Below, one piece after another: positions 1-14,197 of a stretch of DNA of 64,000 nt. How positions within the stretch are numbered: position 1 is the stretch's first letter; each line of letters begins with the position of its first letter. Source of the stretch: Carcharhinus longimanus (Eukaryota); the NCBI GenBank assembly GCA_030264375.1, contig JASCQW010000027.1:79128815-79192814 (forward strand), written 5' to 3'. Both the position numbers and the translations under genes were made by a program. The notes below the pieces were generated by a model, which ran no database searches, was not told the origin of the DNA, and worked only from the letters and a program-made list of their open reading frames with translations.

Positions 1-14
1 ATCGATGGGGCAGT

Positions 15-66
15 AACATAAGAACATAAGAAATAGGAGCAGGAGTAGGCCATCTAGCCCCTCGAG
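15..66 (-). mobile_element. CR1/HER1-type LINE 3' tail fragment
   Basis: (aacataag)n-aaataggagcaggagtaggcc; the same tail recurs at 15555-15624, 41622-41690 and 46676-46783. Confidence 0.75.
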
Positions 67-671
67 TAAAGAAGGTAACATTGTACATTATTACCCAAAG
101 GTACTAAGGTCATCTATAACATTATTATCATGTCTGTCACAGCAAAACCCAGATACTGAACTTGGCAGCTTTCTAATCTGTGAAGCCCAGCTCTAGGACA
201 GATTATACATTTATCTACTAAACCAATCTAGGAGCAACAGTTCTACTTACAGAATGGCATTGAATCTCACCACCTCGCCAATGTTATAATCAAATTACAG
301 GGAACATTACATAGACTTTGAACCATTTTAATACCACCTCATGGCCATATATGACTTTTGCACTGCACAGAACAGGTATTATATCCAGCACAATTCTGAT
401 AGAAACTATCTTTTCGACTTAGGGACTTAGGGAAAACTTTGCAATTATGAAATATTTATATATATATGAAGGTTCAACAAACGTATGGATGTGTTGTGCA
501 TTAAGTATCAAATTTTGAGGAGAATACTTTACAGATTACAACCAGGCAAGGTTTAAGCACTCACTGGCAATTATAAATTTATAGTGCCTGATACTCCAAG
601 ATTAATATTGTATATTGAAAATACCTTGATTCCTAAACAAGCTTAGTAAACTACCCAAAGCAGGTTATATA

Positions 672-865
672 AAGAAAGAATTGACATTTTATTGGCACTT
701 TCAAGAACTTGGGATGTCCCAAAGAGTTTCACAGTCACTGAATTATTTCTGAAACATGCTTTCTGTTTTAATGTAGGAACGTGGCAGCTAATTTGCACAT
801 AGTAAGACCCCAGAAACAGTAATGAGACAATGACTAGAATAATTGCATTTTTAGTGGTGTTTGTT
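672..865 (-). mobile_element. SacSINE1-like DeuSINE, 3' fragment
   Basis: Minus strand reads ...tgtgcaaattagctgccacgttcctacatt...tttgggacatccc...aaatgtcaattctttctt, resembling the shark DeuSINE 3' region with an L2-like tail. Confidence 0.6.
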
Positions 866-1616
866 CTTCAGGCACTCAACATAGACCCCAAGAATTCAAA
901 GCTGTGAAACAAAAAGTAACCTGGAAAGTGAAATTGTATGGCCATAGTAATAGAATCCAATCCTCTACAAACATTAAACTGAAATACATCTGACACACTC
1001 GGTCAACATATTTTATACCTTTCAATAATACATAAACTTTGTACTCCAAACATTTTCTCCTTCTGTAAACACTATCAGTATAGGTGAATGGTAAGTTACT
1101 TGTGCCAAGCAAGGAGTGGCAATGGACTTCAGACTAAAGATGAAATCATACCCTGATCATAGTTAGGAAAAATGGAGCAACAAAGGCAGTAGAAAAGTGA
1201 AATAAGCACGTGAAAACTCACAGAAGGTCCAAGAACCAATTCAACTCCATTCATAAGTACAGATCCCACTTTCAATATTTTTTTAATGGAAAAAAGATTT
1301 TTAGCCTGTAAAATCCATTCCACCAAAAAGGCTTTTACTTTCGCAGAACACCATGTGTCAGAATTAAAGTTACCATGTGGAAACATTACCTCAATTTCAC
1401 AATTCCTGTGATAGTGGAATCTCTGTTGGAAGCATAGAATCATCCCTTTAAATTCAAGAATGAGCTCTACTCTAAAATTAACGTTTTAGCATCTAATGTA
1501 AAGACAGATAGAAATCTGACATATTATAAACATACTGTAAACTGTAAACATAGAACTCAACACCATTAAGTAGATTTCGGAATGAGAACACAAAATAGCA
1601 ATAGGTATTATTAATC

Positions 1617-1960
1617 CATAGAATTATGGAGGAGGAGGAAATTTGGCCCACCAAGTCTGCACCAGGTCTCCAAAAGAGCATCTTACTTAGGCCTCTCCCC
1701 CAGCCCCCCCACCCTTTCCTGTACCTCCATGCAATCCACCTAACCCACACATCTTTGGACACCAAGGGGCAATTTAGCATGGCAAAACTGCCTAACCTGG
1801 ATATCTTTTGACAATGGGAGGAAACCGGAGCACCCAGAAGAACCCCACACAGACATGGGGAAAACGTGCAAACTTGATGCAGCCACCCAAGGACAGAATC
1901 AAAACTGGTTTCCTGGTGCTGTTAGACAATAGTGAGAACCACTCTACTATTGTGCTACCC
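1617..1960 (-). mobile_element. HE1-type V-SINE (CR1-type tail)
   Basis: Diverged tRNA-like head, V-domain (gggaggaaaccggagcacccagaag on +), ctatg tail. Confidence 0.85.
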
Positions 1961-2319
1961 AATCTAAGGGTGATTAATTGATTTGGAAACCAAAATGTTA
2001 ATTTGGCTCATTAACATTAATTTCAGTATTGCAAAGAAAATAAATTATTTCCTCCCAAACACCTTAATAAATTTAATGCAAGGTTTTTAAAACAGAAACC
2101 AAACTTACTCTATCTGACCTGTGGAAACAAGGACATTCAGTACGAATTTCAGATACAAATTCTTCACATCAGAAACATCTCCCCTAGTTGACAGAGATTA
2201 CAACTGAGTTGAATCCTGGTTGTTCAAAGTTGGGTTCTGGAGATGAATGGACAATGCNNNNNNNNNNNNNNNNNNNNNNNNTCAACCTATCAGAGGAAAC
2301 TGCTAATGTATCTGTGCCA

Positions 2320-2720
2320 ACACCTTATATTTATGTAACACCTTTAACATGGTATAGCCTCCCAAGGATAGTAATCAAACAAACTTTGACACCAGGCTGT
2401 ATAAGGCAGATAACCAAATGCTTGATTAAAAAGGTAGATTTTAAGGAGTTTATTAAAGGAAGAAAGAGAAGCAGTGAGCCTCAGCGATAAAATTTCAGAG
2501 CTTATGGTCTTGGCAGCTGTGGTCAAGATCACCAAAGGTGGACTGATTGTATTTAGGGATGCTCAAGAGACTGGAATTGGAGGAGCACAGATTTTGTAGG
2601 GCATAACATAAGGAGGGGTCGGCCCTGGAAGAATTTGAAAATGAGGATGAGAAATTTTAAATTGAGGCATTGCTTGACAGGTTGCCAATGCAGGTCAGCA
2701 AAATTTGAATTGGCAAACCT
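2320..2720 (-). mobile_element. L2-type LINE 3' fragment
   Basis: Purine-rich + strand (ttttaaggag...aaaggaagaaagag, gaatttgaaaatgaggatgagaaattttaaattgaggc) typical of an antisense L2 3' end. Confidence 0.55.
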
Positions 2721-2984
2721 ANNNNNNNNNNNNNNNNNNNNNNNNNNNNNNNNNNNNNNNNNNNNNNNNNNNNNNNNNNNNNNNNNNNNNNNNNNNNNNN
2801 NNNNNNNNNNNNNNNNNNNNNNNNNNNNNNNNNNNNNNNNNNNATGGATTGGTAGGTGTTGATGTGATCGGCGCAACTCATGGGCCGAAGGGCCTGTTTG
2901 TGCTGTAGTGTTCTATGTTCCATGTTCTATGTTTAAATGCAAGATGCAGTCCACAAGAAGCTGAACTAAAATTATTATGGAACA

Positions 2985-3350
2985 AATCATAGAGCCATTG
3001 AGTCATGCCAGATTGAAGGAGGTCCTTTCGCCCATCGAGTCATGGCAGTCTTCTGTCAAGTTATCCAGTCACTCCCATTCCCCTGCTTCATCCCTATAGG
3101 TTTCTTTCTCGCAAGAACCTTTCTAATTGAATTTTGAGATCTTATGATTGTCTCCACATGTACTAGGGCAGCAAGTTCCAAGTTATTATCAGTTGTGGCA
3201 TAAAAAGTTCTTCTCCGTATTCCCCATGCAGTTTTTGCCCAAAACCTTAAATCTGTGTCCCCAGTTGCTAATGGGAACTGTCTATCTTTGTCGATCTTAT
3301 CAAAACCTGTCATAATCATACGCACTTCTACCAAATCTCTCTTCAAGAAC
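2985..3350 (-). mobile_element. CR1 LINE 3' end
   Basis: Decayed RT C-terminus (RDLVEVRMIMTGFDKIDKDRQFPL) followed by the tail. Confidence 0.7.
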
Positions 3351-4419
3351 AAGTGCCAGCTTCTCCATTATAAGGAGGGTTGGAAATACATTTTTTGGTA
3401 CCCATTTTTTAATCAATCCACTGACAGGCTGCTTCCCATTTTGCTAACGTGGGCTCTCTCATTTAAAAACCACACAAGCTCTCTGGGCACATGGGAAATG
3501 CCAGTTAAAATTTAAACAAAAGCTGTAATCCAAGTTCACCTTCATGGATTGGGCACAGCTATTTGCAAGGTCAACATGCTTAGTCAACCACAACTTATGT
3601 GAAAAGGGATTCAGCAGCTCCTCGATAAAATTACTGAGTAGCCCAATAAAAACTGAGCTCAGAATAAAATGAAAGAAAATCACACCATAAAAGATAACAA
3701 AAAACATAAGCACCTCAAATATAAATTCAAGCTCTGAAACGTGAATATTCACAATACGTCAGCCAATGTCGAAGAGACGGGCAGATAATTTCCAGTAGAC
3801 AAAGCAGATGAAAGATTGTACCCAAAATATTAGCACATATCTTTGATTGGCTTAGTGATCCACCGAATAATTGAAGCTTTGTTTTACTTCATGGGTAATC
3901 ATGCTATTCCATGGTAGAAAGCTTGTTACTTCAAACAATTGTAAAACTCCATGAAAAGGTTGGCAGGAAAATCACACGATTCAACCAAACCTCAACATGC
4001 CTTTGCCCCTAAATTTTTTCTGCTCCATTATTCTGCCCAGAGTTCAGGTTTAAGAGACTGCATTGAATTAATCAGATAATAAAAGAACCTAATGTTTACT
4101 CTGTAAAGAAACATGAGTGGAAACTTCTCATTCTAGAATCATGTGTAGATTCAAGGTGACATTAGTGAAGTAAAAATGTTCAATGCTTTATAATATAATT
4201 GGTGGCTTTCAAGTACTTTGCAAGATATTCAAATATAGCTTTAGCTGCTTGAAGGCAAAACCAAAGCAGTGAAAAACAAAATTGTAGCATGCTCATTTGT
4301 CATCTAAGTTGTTGGAATATGGTTACTTGTGTTAACGTCAAGTTGACCAACTACATTCTGATTTAATTCCACTAATAGTCATACACTGTAATATACATGG
4401 TTAGACCAATGAATTCAAC

Positions 4420-4895
4420 CTTTCTTTTATTCATTCATGGAATCTGAGTGTTGTTGGCAAAGTCAGCATTTGTTGCCCGTTTCTAATTGTCCTTGAGGAG
4501 ATGGAATGGGCTGCTTTCTTAAACCATCGCAGTCCATGTGGTTTAGGCATATCTACAGGATTGTTAGGGAAGGAGTTTTAGGTTTTTGGCCCAGCAACAG
4601 TGAAGGAGAGCCATATAGTTTAAAGGCAAGATGGTGTGCTGATTGGAGGGTGACTTGCAGATGGTGGTGTTCCCAGGGCCTGTGTACTTCTGGGTGGTTG
4701 AAGTTGTGCATTTTGAACATGCTGTAAAGAAGGCTTGGTGCGTTGCTGTAGTGCTTCTTGTAGATGGTACACATGACAGGCACTGTGCACCAGTGGTGCA
4801 GGGAATGGATGTCCATCTTCAAGAGTTTTGTTGGAGCTACATTCATCCAGGCAAGTGGAAAGTATTCCACCACACACCTAGCTTGACAAGTTTTA
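4420..4895 (-). mobile_element. CR1-group (L2/Crack-like) LINE 3' fragment
   Basis: ORF remnant VEYFPLAWMNVAPTKLLKMD..HSLHH with tail gggcaacaaatgctg...atgaataaaag; related pieces at 8820-8950, 11335-11705, 12765-12900 and 13690-13905. Confidence 0.65.
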
Positions 4896-4899
4896 AAAT

Positions 4900-5320
4900 T
4901 ATAAAGTTTATTTAATAGTATCACAAGTTGGCTCACATTAACACTGAAATGAAGTTACTGTGAAAATCCCCTAGCCGCCACACCCCAGCGCTTTTTTGGG
5001 TACACTGANNNNNNNNNNNNNNNNNNNNNNNNNNNNNNNNNNNNNNNNNNNNNNNNNNNNNNNNNNNNNNNNNNNNNNNNNNNNNNNNNNNNNNNNNNNN
5101 NNNNNNNNCACCCCAGCGCTTTTTTGGGTACACTGAGAGAAATTTAGCATGGCTAATGCGCCTAACCACAAATTCTTTCGAATAGTGGGAGGAAACCAGA
5201 GGAAACCCACGCAGACATGGGGAAAATATGCAAACTCCACAAAGACAGTGACCCCAAGCCGTGTATCGAACCCGAGTCCCTGGCAATGTGAGGCAGCGTT
5301 GCTAACCACTGTGCCACCAT
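4900..5320 (-). mobile_element. HE1-like SINE, alternative-tail subfamily
   Basis: HE1 head and V-domain, but the tail is ...ctaggggattttcacagtaacttc...aataaacttt; contains a gap. Confidence 0.85.
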
Positions 5321-6317
5321 TTTGGGGAGTGAGGAGGTGAATTACTTACTGCAGGAATCCTAACTTCTGTTCTTGTAGGTTTATGTGCATTTAGTATTTA
5401 CATGACTGGCCCACAAATACATTTCCGAACAATAGTAACCCCTGAGATATTACTAGTCAAGTATTAAAATGGAGGCAGAAACAGGAAACGTCTTAATATC
5501 ACAATACACATTAAATCTCAGCTCTTATCAAGTTGGCAACTAATCAAAGAAAGGTAGGGATAAAAACCATTCGGAAAGTCAGTAGGAAAGAGAAAGAAAA
5601 CAGTGGGCAAGCATCAAAAAGGAGCATTAAGTGGAACAGTAGTTTTGATGGAGGTGTACACTTCAGCAGTGATACTGATGCAACAATCAAACCACTATTG
5701 TGCTGAATCTAGGTTACTGATGGAGTTGGTTTTCATAATTACAAATGTAAAATATTCCATAAACGAGTGCAATAGAACTTAATTGTTTCTGTTTTGCTGT
5801 CCATTAATAGATGTTCCTTGATGTATTTAAGAACAGCAGCCTGGCATTGTTTCACTCATACAGCTGAAAATAGGTTTCTCAGAGAAAATAAGGATTTTTT
5901 TAAAAAAAGGGTGTCTAATCTTCCACCTGTCTATAATCAGATTTAAAATCAATGACAGCCTCTTGAAAAGTGTACTGAAACACTTGCTAGGTTAATGCTT
6001 AATTTTGGTCAGTTTCTTAGTGAATTAGATATTTTTGATTGTAGAAGGTTCTTAAAACATGCCTATTAGTGCCTTTGTGCCTCAGACAATTACTGCAAAT
6101 TAAAGAGCTTTCCTGAACAAAGAAGCTAGATGGAATCCCGCAATTTCGACTTGGGGCTGTAGTCAGTTTTGTGGGCAAGATTTGAATCAAATCTTGAACT
6201 AGCAGAAAACATTACAATAAAGCAAGCGCAAATGATTTTGACACTACTCGTGTGTGTTGAAAATTGCCCAATATTATGTGCTGGTTAGGCTAATTCTAAC
6301 TGAATTGTTCTGATCAA

Positions 6318-7152
6318 ATCATAGAGGTTTACAGCATGGAAACAGGCCCTTTGGCCCAACTTGACCATGCCATCCATCTTTTTTTACAACCCTNNNNNNN
6401 NNNNNNNNNNNNNNNNNNNNNNNNNNNNNNNNNNNNNNNNNNNNNNNNNNNNNNNNNNNNNNNNNNNNNNNNNNNNNNNNNNNNNNNNNNNNNNNNNNNN
6501 NNNNNNNNNNNNNNNNNNNNNNNNNNNNNNNNNNNNNNNNNNNNNNNNNNNNNNNNNNNNNNNNNNNNNNNNNNNNNNNNNNNNNNNNNNNNNNNNNNNN
6601 NNNNNNNNNNNNNNNNNNNNNNNNNNNNNNNNNNNNNNNNNNNNNNNNNNNNNNNNNNNNNNNNNNNNNNNNNNNNNNNNNNNNNNNNNNNNNNNNNNNN
6701 NNNNNNNNNNNNNNNNNNNNNNNNNNNNNNNNNNNNNNNNNNNNNNNNNNNNNNNNNNNNNNNNNNNNNNNNNNNNNNNNNNNNNNNNNNNNNNNNNNNN
6801 NNNNNNNNNNNNNNNNNNNNNNNNNNNNNNNNNNNNNNNNNNNNNNNNNNNNNNNNNNNNNNNNNNNNNNNNNNNNNNNNNNNNNNNNNNNNNNNNNNNN
6901 NNNNNNNNNNNNNNNNNNNNNNNNNNNNNNNNNNNNNNNNNNNNNNNNNNNNNNNNNNNNNNNNNNNNNNNNNNNNNNNNNNNNNNNNNNNNNNNNNNNN
7001 NNNNNNNNNNNNNNNNNNNNNNNNNNNNNNNNNNNNNNNNNNNNNNNNNNNNNNNNNNNNNNNNNNNNNNNNNNNNNNNNNNNNNNNNNNNNNNNNNNNN
7101 NNNNNNNNNNNNNNNNNNNNNNNNNNNNNNNNNNNNNNNNNNNNNNNNNNNN
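6318..7152 (-). mobile_element. CR1 3' tail running into an assembly gap
   Basis: atcatagaggtttacagcatggaaacaggcccttt on +; the rest is N. Confidence 0.55.
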
Positions 7153-10100
7153 AAGCATTTTCCAACTGGTACTGATATATAGTGTCAATTAATAAGTCAC
7201 TGATGCTCATATATATTCAAAACTCGACTCAGGACTGAATGGGGTACTGAAGTTGTGAACAGATTGCCAGAGCCTGGAAGAATTACTGAGGAAGGGGAAT
7301 GAAGTCAGTCAATAGGAAGAATCAAAGACAACTGCTTTGATCTTCTCAATGCTTTAGCTGGAGAAAGTTAAGATCCGTCCAGTACTGGGTGTCAGTAACG
7401 CTGCCTGATGGATTGCAGATGAGGAGAAGTTTTTATGTGAGCTATAATGATCTGGAATGCATTGCCTGAAAGGGTGGTCAAATCAGATTCCATAGTAATT
7501 TCCAAAAGGAAATTAAATTCTGTATATACTTTAAAGTAAAATATTTGCAGTGATATAGGGAAACAATAGAGGACAGGGATTCATTGGTGTTTTTTTTTGA
7601 AGAGTTAGCACAAGCATGATGGGCCAAATGGGCCCCTATTCTGCAGTATAATTTTGAAAGACATGCCAGTTAGGTGCATTGACCCAAACATGCGCCAGAC
7701 TGCAGCAATTAGGGGAATTTCATAGTAACTTCATTGTAGTATTAATGTAGACCTTACTTGTGATTAATAAATAAACTTTAACTTATCTTTATAATTCTAG
7801 GAAATGATCTGATATGCAGTAACCAATATAAGAAATTGACTGGTTGATGTCACATTATGATATATGTTTAAACTGATACACAAAAAACAATTTACTGGGA
7901 AGCACTAGTCAAATTTTCACCTTTGACATTGGTTAAATTAGTCAATAAATAGATCACTCCATACCTCATCTCTTCCTATCTCTGATGTCCTCTCTCAGTA
8001 CAAACACTCATCCTTGTGCTGCTTACCCTTCTTCTTCACCCAGCACTTGGCACCAGTGGATTAATCTTCTGGCCACCTCTCATAATCTGTCTTTCTCTAG
8101 CTCAGTGTTTATTTTTCTCACATCTCTAAAATGCCTTGGGGTGTTTCTCAGTGATAAATAGTCGATCTATAAAACACAAGCTGCTGTTGAGTGTGCTCAG
8201 ACTGCCGAATAGGGCTACACCCACTGGGTGCTCTGATTTTGTTTGGAAAGAAACAATACTGAAGATATGTAGACACATACCCAACATTTACTTACCCAGA
8301 TGCTATGAACAAGAGCAACGGGGAAACTGAGCTATCACTTCTATAGGCAACACAATCTTAACAGAGAATGAGATTGTTTTCACCCATAATTCAGAAGTAG
8401 CTATTCCAAAGTTGTTCTGCTTATCCAATTTAGGTGAATATGGTGTCAGCATTATGACTGGAAGTCAGCTCCTTCTGTTCTATCCTATCCTTTCTCACTT
8501 TGTTTTGGCATTTATTATGAAACATCATTGGAATAAGTCTACAAGTGTGTAAAAATCTAATGTGCAAGACAGAGAATAAATCCCACTTTAAGATGAGTAT
8601 GTGGAATCCCTTATCTTTCTGATTGCTCATGGTTTTTAACCTCTCTACACCTCCTTTCTCACTGGGAAATCAGATACTTTCTAACCAATCAGGTCACTTA
8701 CAGATTGGAGTTGAGAGATACCTGAAACCTTCAATGGAAACAATGGCCATTTAAAATTTGAATTGAAAACCTAAGGCCAGAATTCTCAGCAGAGAGCTTG
8801 CCACCTGATATCCATTGATTCCAGTTTCGCGCCGATTCCTTGATGCCACACTCGGTCAAATGTGGCCTTGCTGTCACTCTGACCTCACCTCTGGAATTCA
8901 ACTCTTTTGTCCATGTTTGAAACAAAGTTGTAATGAGATCAGGCTGCGGAATGCTCCGAGTAGTTGGACTGTACCGCAGCACCTGTCCTTCGTGGAGAAA
9001 TTTTTCCACAAACACACCTTTGACCACATGGCGATTAAGCAATGGTCAGCGCGTAACGTCCTTGGGGCCCTGNNNNNNNNNNNNNNNNNNNNNNNNNNNN
9101 NNNNNNNNNNNNNNNNNNNNNNNNNNNNNNNNNNNNNNNNNNNNNNNNNNNNNNNNNNNNNNNNNNNNNNNNACACAGTAATTTTTGAGGCATGTATATA
9201 GTTTTAAGGTCTGAAATGTTATGACTATAATTTGTATAGAACTGTAAAAAGGTTTAATTCTGTACTGTTTGCAATTCAAAGACATGTAGATTTGCAATGG
9301 TTTATTTCAGATTTTTATGAATAAAGTATAATTTTGGGAAAAAAAAATGAGGTCAGGATCTGAATGATCCTGGCAAAACCCAAACTGGGCGTCATTGAGC
9401 AAGTTATTGTTGAGCAGGTACTGCTTAATAACACCTGCTCAGCAATAAACCGGGCAGGTTATTGACTCTACATTGGGTGTGTAAACGTTTTAACATCCCT
9501 CCATGTTCTGTCAAGTTGATTAGATACATTAAAAACAAACCCATTAAAATTCATGATCAAAACCAGACTGAGAAATTCTGAATTATTTTTCTATATACTT
9601 GCAAAGTTCCATGTGGCTTCAAAAATGGTATGTTTAAAGCCATTTAACAATATTACCACAACAATAACTTCCATTTATATAGCAACTTGAACATGGTAAA
9701 ACATCCTGAGGCACTTTACAAGAACAATACCATTAACCCAACAATTGCCCAAACTGAGGCATTGGAATCACACTGGGATTATATGCAACACTGAAAAGCA
9801 GAGTGAACTGCACTGACTGGTTTCCATGAGGAGGACAGTGATTCATGTGCAATTCAATATTTGAAAAGAATATTTAGTGAGCTCTTACTTCATTGCAATG
9901 GTAAAGGAGGACTGCCAATGCTAAGGGTGCAAACATTTTGGTCTTTAGTCAAATTATTGTATATGTAACTTTCCCTTCCTCAAGGTAAAGAGGGCCTATA
10001 TATATAGTGGACTCATTTCCCCTAAGACAAAGAATGATTTTGCTCCCACCTCCCCCCCCGAAACTGCTTGGCCATGTCAAAACTTTTGTAATTGTATTAT

Positions 10101-12038
10101 CATGGAAACCAAAACATGTATTTGTATTCTTGCAGCAGTAACAGCAGCTTTGAAGTCAAATACTTTATTCAAATTGCAAGCATGGCCAAGGGGTAAGATA
10201 GTTAATATAACATCTGGAAAGTAAATAACTTCATTAGCAGTCTAGCTTTGCCCTCTTCCTATCACCGCTCCCCCCCACACTCCATCCCCAACCAGCCCAG
10301 GTCCCTCACCTTCCCATGCCCCCATTACTCCACTCCCACGCCCCCCACTTACCAACATCCCATCCCCTACCATCACCCCCTCTCAACACACACACACACA
10401 CAAAATCTTCATAGTGCAATTAGTCCAAATTCCAGCAGCATGCAATACTGAATCAAAACTGTCCATCTGCAATATCTTAGAGCTAAATGTAATAATTTGA
10501 TTATATAGTAACACTGTCAGCTCCTCTGCATTACTAAGAATATTTTTAAGAAAGAGTAGGAGTACACCACAGGTTCTTTTAAGCCTGTTCTTCTATTCAA
10601 TTAGATCATGGTTTAACTCCTACATCAATGTCATTTCTACACCCTCTTTCTCAACCGCCTCTCATTCTCCTAAACGCCAGAGAACATAGATCTATTATAT
10701 TCAATCTCTCCTCACAGCCCTCTTATCCTTGGAATCACTTTGGTGGTGCATTCATCTGAGGTAAGTAGATCCTTCTTTAAGTAGTGAGACCAAAATGGTA
10801 TACAGTGCTCCAGATGTGATCTCACCAAAGTCCTGTAGAATTACAGCAAGCACCACAGATTCCAATGATTAGCAGTTCCCTGTATAAGTACTACTTTTCA
10901 TTCCCACTAGTGAACATTTGATTTCATCAAAAACTGGAGTGGTCTAGACTTTCCAACCCTTTCCACTGCCACTCCAAGGGTTTTGGAGTGGACAGAGCAG
11001 AAAAATCAATTGCGTACGTATTCCATGAATCCTCATTTTCTTCATTTCTGGATGGTGTGCCTGGCATCAAAGTCATGTACTCATTCATATGGAACAGGCA
11101 ATGTAAAATATTGAAATAAGGAAAACACAGCCAAGATCACAATGCTCATCATTTGAACATTGGATGCCTAGGCTTCACATCAAGCTTTACAATCCGACCC
11201 TTGAACAGTGAAGATATCCACTGATGTTTATTCCCAGAGATATCTCCACAGCCAACCTGAGGGAGACTGTATAAGTCCCCAGAAGTAATGTATGGGAAAA
11301 TAAACTGTTTTCAATGCTGTTTTCTTCTTCATACTGTAGCACTTCTTGGTACCCCATCCACCACTGTAAACATTCATTTCCTCCACCACCAGTTCACAAT
11401 GGCAGCATCATGAATCTACAGGATGTACTGCAACAATTCACCAGGCTCCTTTGACAGCCAACCCGATGATCTCTGCCACCTACAGAATCAAAGGCAGCTG
11501 ACATGGAGTAACATCACTGTTCCTTTGCTGTTCCTGTATCAAAATTCTGGAACTCGCTCTCTATTAGCACCATGGGTGAACCTACGTCACACAGTCTGCA
11601 GCATTCAAGAAGGCAGCACACCACCACCTTCTCAATGGCAATTAGAAACGGTAATAAATGCAGGGCTTGCACATTGTCAGCAACACTCACATCCCAAAAA
11701 TGAACTTGAACAATCATATCTTTGCTGAGAACTTACCATCAGATTGAGTTAAAGATGAATAATCAGCAGTGTTGTTAACAGCATGTGATCAAAAATTCAG
11801 ATACCTGTGGTCCACCAAAGATATCTTACTCACCAAGGTATCAAAACACTTACTAATGAAGGCGTGTAAACATAATTGATCACATTTTCATGCAATTAAC
11901 TGTATGACCATAAAGTAATGCTTGCAATTTGAAAAACAAAAGTTCTTAGTGGAATGTCAATTCTCAGTCCTTCACATTAGTCAAGCGGGATCATTTCAGA
12001 AGATTTGCAGAATTGTTTTCCTTTTGCATAAAGCCATC

Positions 12039-12374
12039 AGAATCATAGAACCCTACAGTGCAGAAAGAGGCCCTTTGGCCCATCACGTCTGCACCAAACA
12101 CAATCCCACCCAGGCCCTACCACCATATACCCACATATTATGCCCACTAATCCCTCTAACCTACACTTCCCTGGACACCAAGGGGCAATTTCATAGCATG
12201 GCCAATCAACCTAACCCGCACATCTTTGGACTGTGGGAGGAAACCGGAGTACCACTGCACAGACACGAGGAGAACGTGCAAACTCCACACAGACAGTGAC
12301 CCGAGCCGGGAATCAAACCCAGGACCCTGGAACTGTGAAGCAGCAGCGCTAACCATTGTGGTGCCGTGCCACCC
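12039..12374 (-). mobile_element. HE1 V-SINE, near full length
   Basis: Minus strand: GGGTGGCACGGCACCACAATGGTTAGC (A box), GGTTTGATTCC (B box), V-domain, ...tagggttctatgattct tail. Confidence 0.92.
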
Positions 12375-13234
12375 ATTTATTTACACAACTAAAGGCAGGA
12401 TATACTTAGAACACTTAGAATATTTTCAAAAGCAATTCCAAATGCAAAATCAGTCCATGCCTGCAGTACTTGGCAGTCTCCTTAAAACTGAAATCTGAAA
12501 TCGAGTTACTCTTGCCATTTTATTCAGGGAATTAGGTTTTTCCAACTGTATAGGTTCATGTTATCCTTAAAACTTTAGCTTGCCCTAGATTCTCGGAGTT
12601 TTACTTGGAAGTGGCTGTTGCTTTGTTAAAGAACAAATCACAACAATTTTGAATAATTCTGTTGCACCAGACCCACATTTACATCTAACTATTCATTGAC
12701 CAAAATGACCTTTCAGCAAATGGGCAAATCACACATCCTTTCATAGAAACCAGCTTTGTCAAGCCTTTTTTTTATTCTTTCAAAGATGTGCATGCTGCTG
12801 AGAAGGTCAGCATTTGTTGCCCATCCCAAATTGCCCTTAAGCAGGTGAACTGAGTCATTATCTTGAATCACCATGTGGTGTAGGTACGCTTATCGTGGTG
12901 TGAGTCAAAGATTCTTTGAAGCCTTCAAATTTACAAAGTTTGGAATTCATCCCGCAACACGGTAACACTCATACATTGCATTTGAGAAGCAATTGAAAAT
13001 ATAAAGGGAAGTCTGAATCTGCCAAGAATCAAAGGCTTTAAACTACATCTTCCCATTTCCATTGTACTTGCTTTTCATCTAAGAGGACGGAATCATTAAA
13101 TTTCACATAATCAGCAGTCAACTAATGCCACCCATGATTTTTTTTTGTGGAATGACATGACAAGGATTCTGTGTATGAGGCTGGTTGGGTTAACTAAATA
13201 CTGCTCAGCAGTATTGATTTCTAATCTAATCAAT

Positions 13235-14197
13235 CTCTAATCAAACTCTCAGATTGGCTGCCTCTCCATTTTGCCCCATCAATGGCAGCTGTGACTTCAA
13301 CTATTAGGTTCCAAAGACTGGAATTTCCAACCTCTCCATCCTAAAACTCATCACTTAATTTTTTTGTCTCCTTATTCCTCTCTCTGGCTCAATTTGACCT
13401 TTGTATTTCAGTGCAATCTGAGATGTGTTAGATGATGCTAAAGGCATTATATAATTGCAGACAATTGTCATTAAATGCCCCATTCATATTAAAATCTTAG
13501 TCCACTGCTTTTAATTCAATTTAGAGATAGACCATCTGTCCCAACTGGTCTGCGCTGGTGTTTATTCCCTGCACAAACCTCTTCCCACTCTTTACTTCAT
13601 CTCACTATATCAACCTATTATTATATTCCTTACTCGCTCATCCATTAATCCGGCTTTCCCTTAATTAGCAAGTCGTCAAAGAGCAGATCAGAGGCTGCAT
13701 ATTCTGCAGCAAGTAACCCGCCTCCTGATATCCCAAACCTTTTCCACCTCCTGAAGCACAAATCAGGAGCACGGTGGAATTCTCTCCATGTACTTGGCAG
13801 AGTGAAGCTCCAACATTCAAGAAGCTCCACATCATGCAGTAAAAAGTGGCTTGTGTGACTGGCACCCCATCCATCACCTTAACATTTACTTTATCCACCA
13901 TCAGCGCGTCTATAACTTATAAATCCCAATTCCAACCCCCCCCCCCCCCACCACCCCACCCTATACACTGATAAGCTAATTATCATTACTTGATCATTAT
14001 GGATCAAAAATATTCCTCTGCTTTCTAATCAAACCCTCAGATTGGCTGCATCTCCATTTTGCCCCATCAATGGCATATGTGTCTTTAACTATTAGGTTCC
14101 AAAGACTGGAATTTCCTTCCCAAATGACTCAACCTCTCCATCTTAAAACTCACCACTCAATTTTTTTTGTCTCCTTATCCCTCTTTCTGGCTCAACT
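13235..14197 (+). repeat. Local ~160-bp direct duplication (13235-13393 and 14023-14197)
   Basis: Shared ctcagattggctgc.tctccattttgccccatcaatggca...actattaggttccaaagactggaatttcc. Confidence 0.85.

Noticed and set aside
4980-5135. Direct repeat caccccagcgcttttttgggtacactga either side of a gap
   Set aside because: Overlapping contig ends at a scaffold gap; assembly artefact.
6319-7210. ORFs of ~280 aa here, and similar ones at 19433, 31169 and 43144
   Set aside because: Made almost entirely of N-gap residues.
12300-12374. tRNA-like A and B boxes as tRNA genes
   Set aside because: They are heads of HE1 SINEs, followed by the V-domain and a LINE-derived tail.
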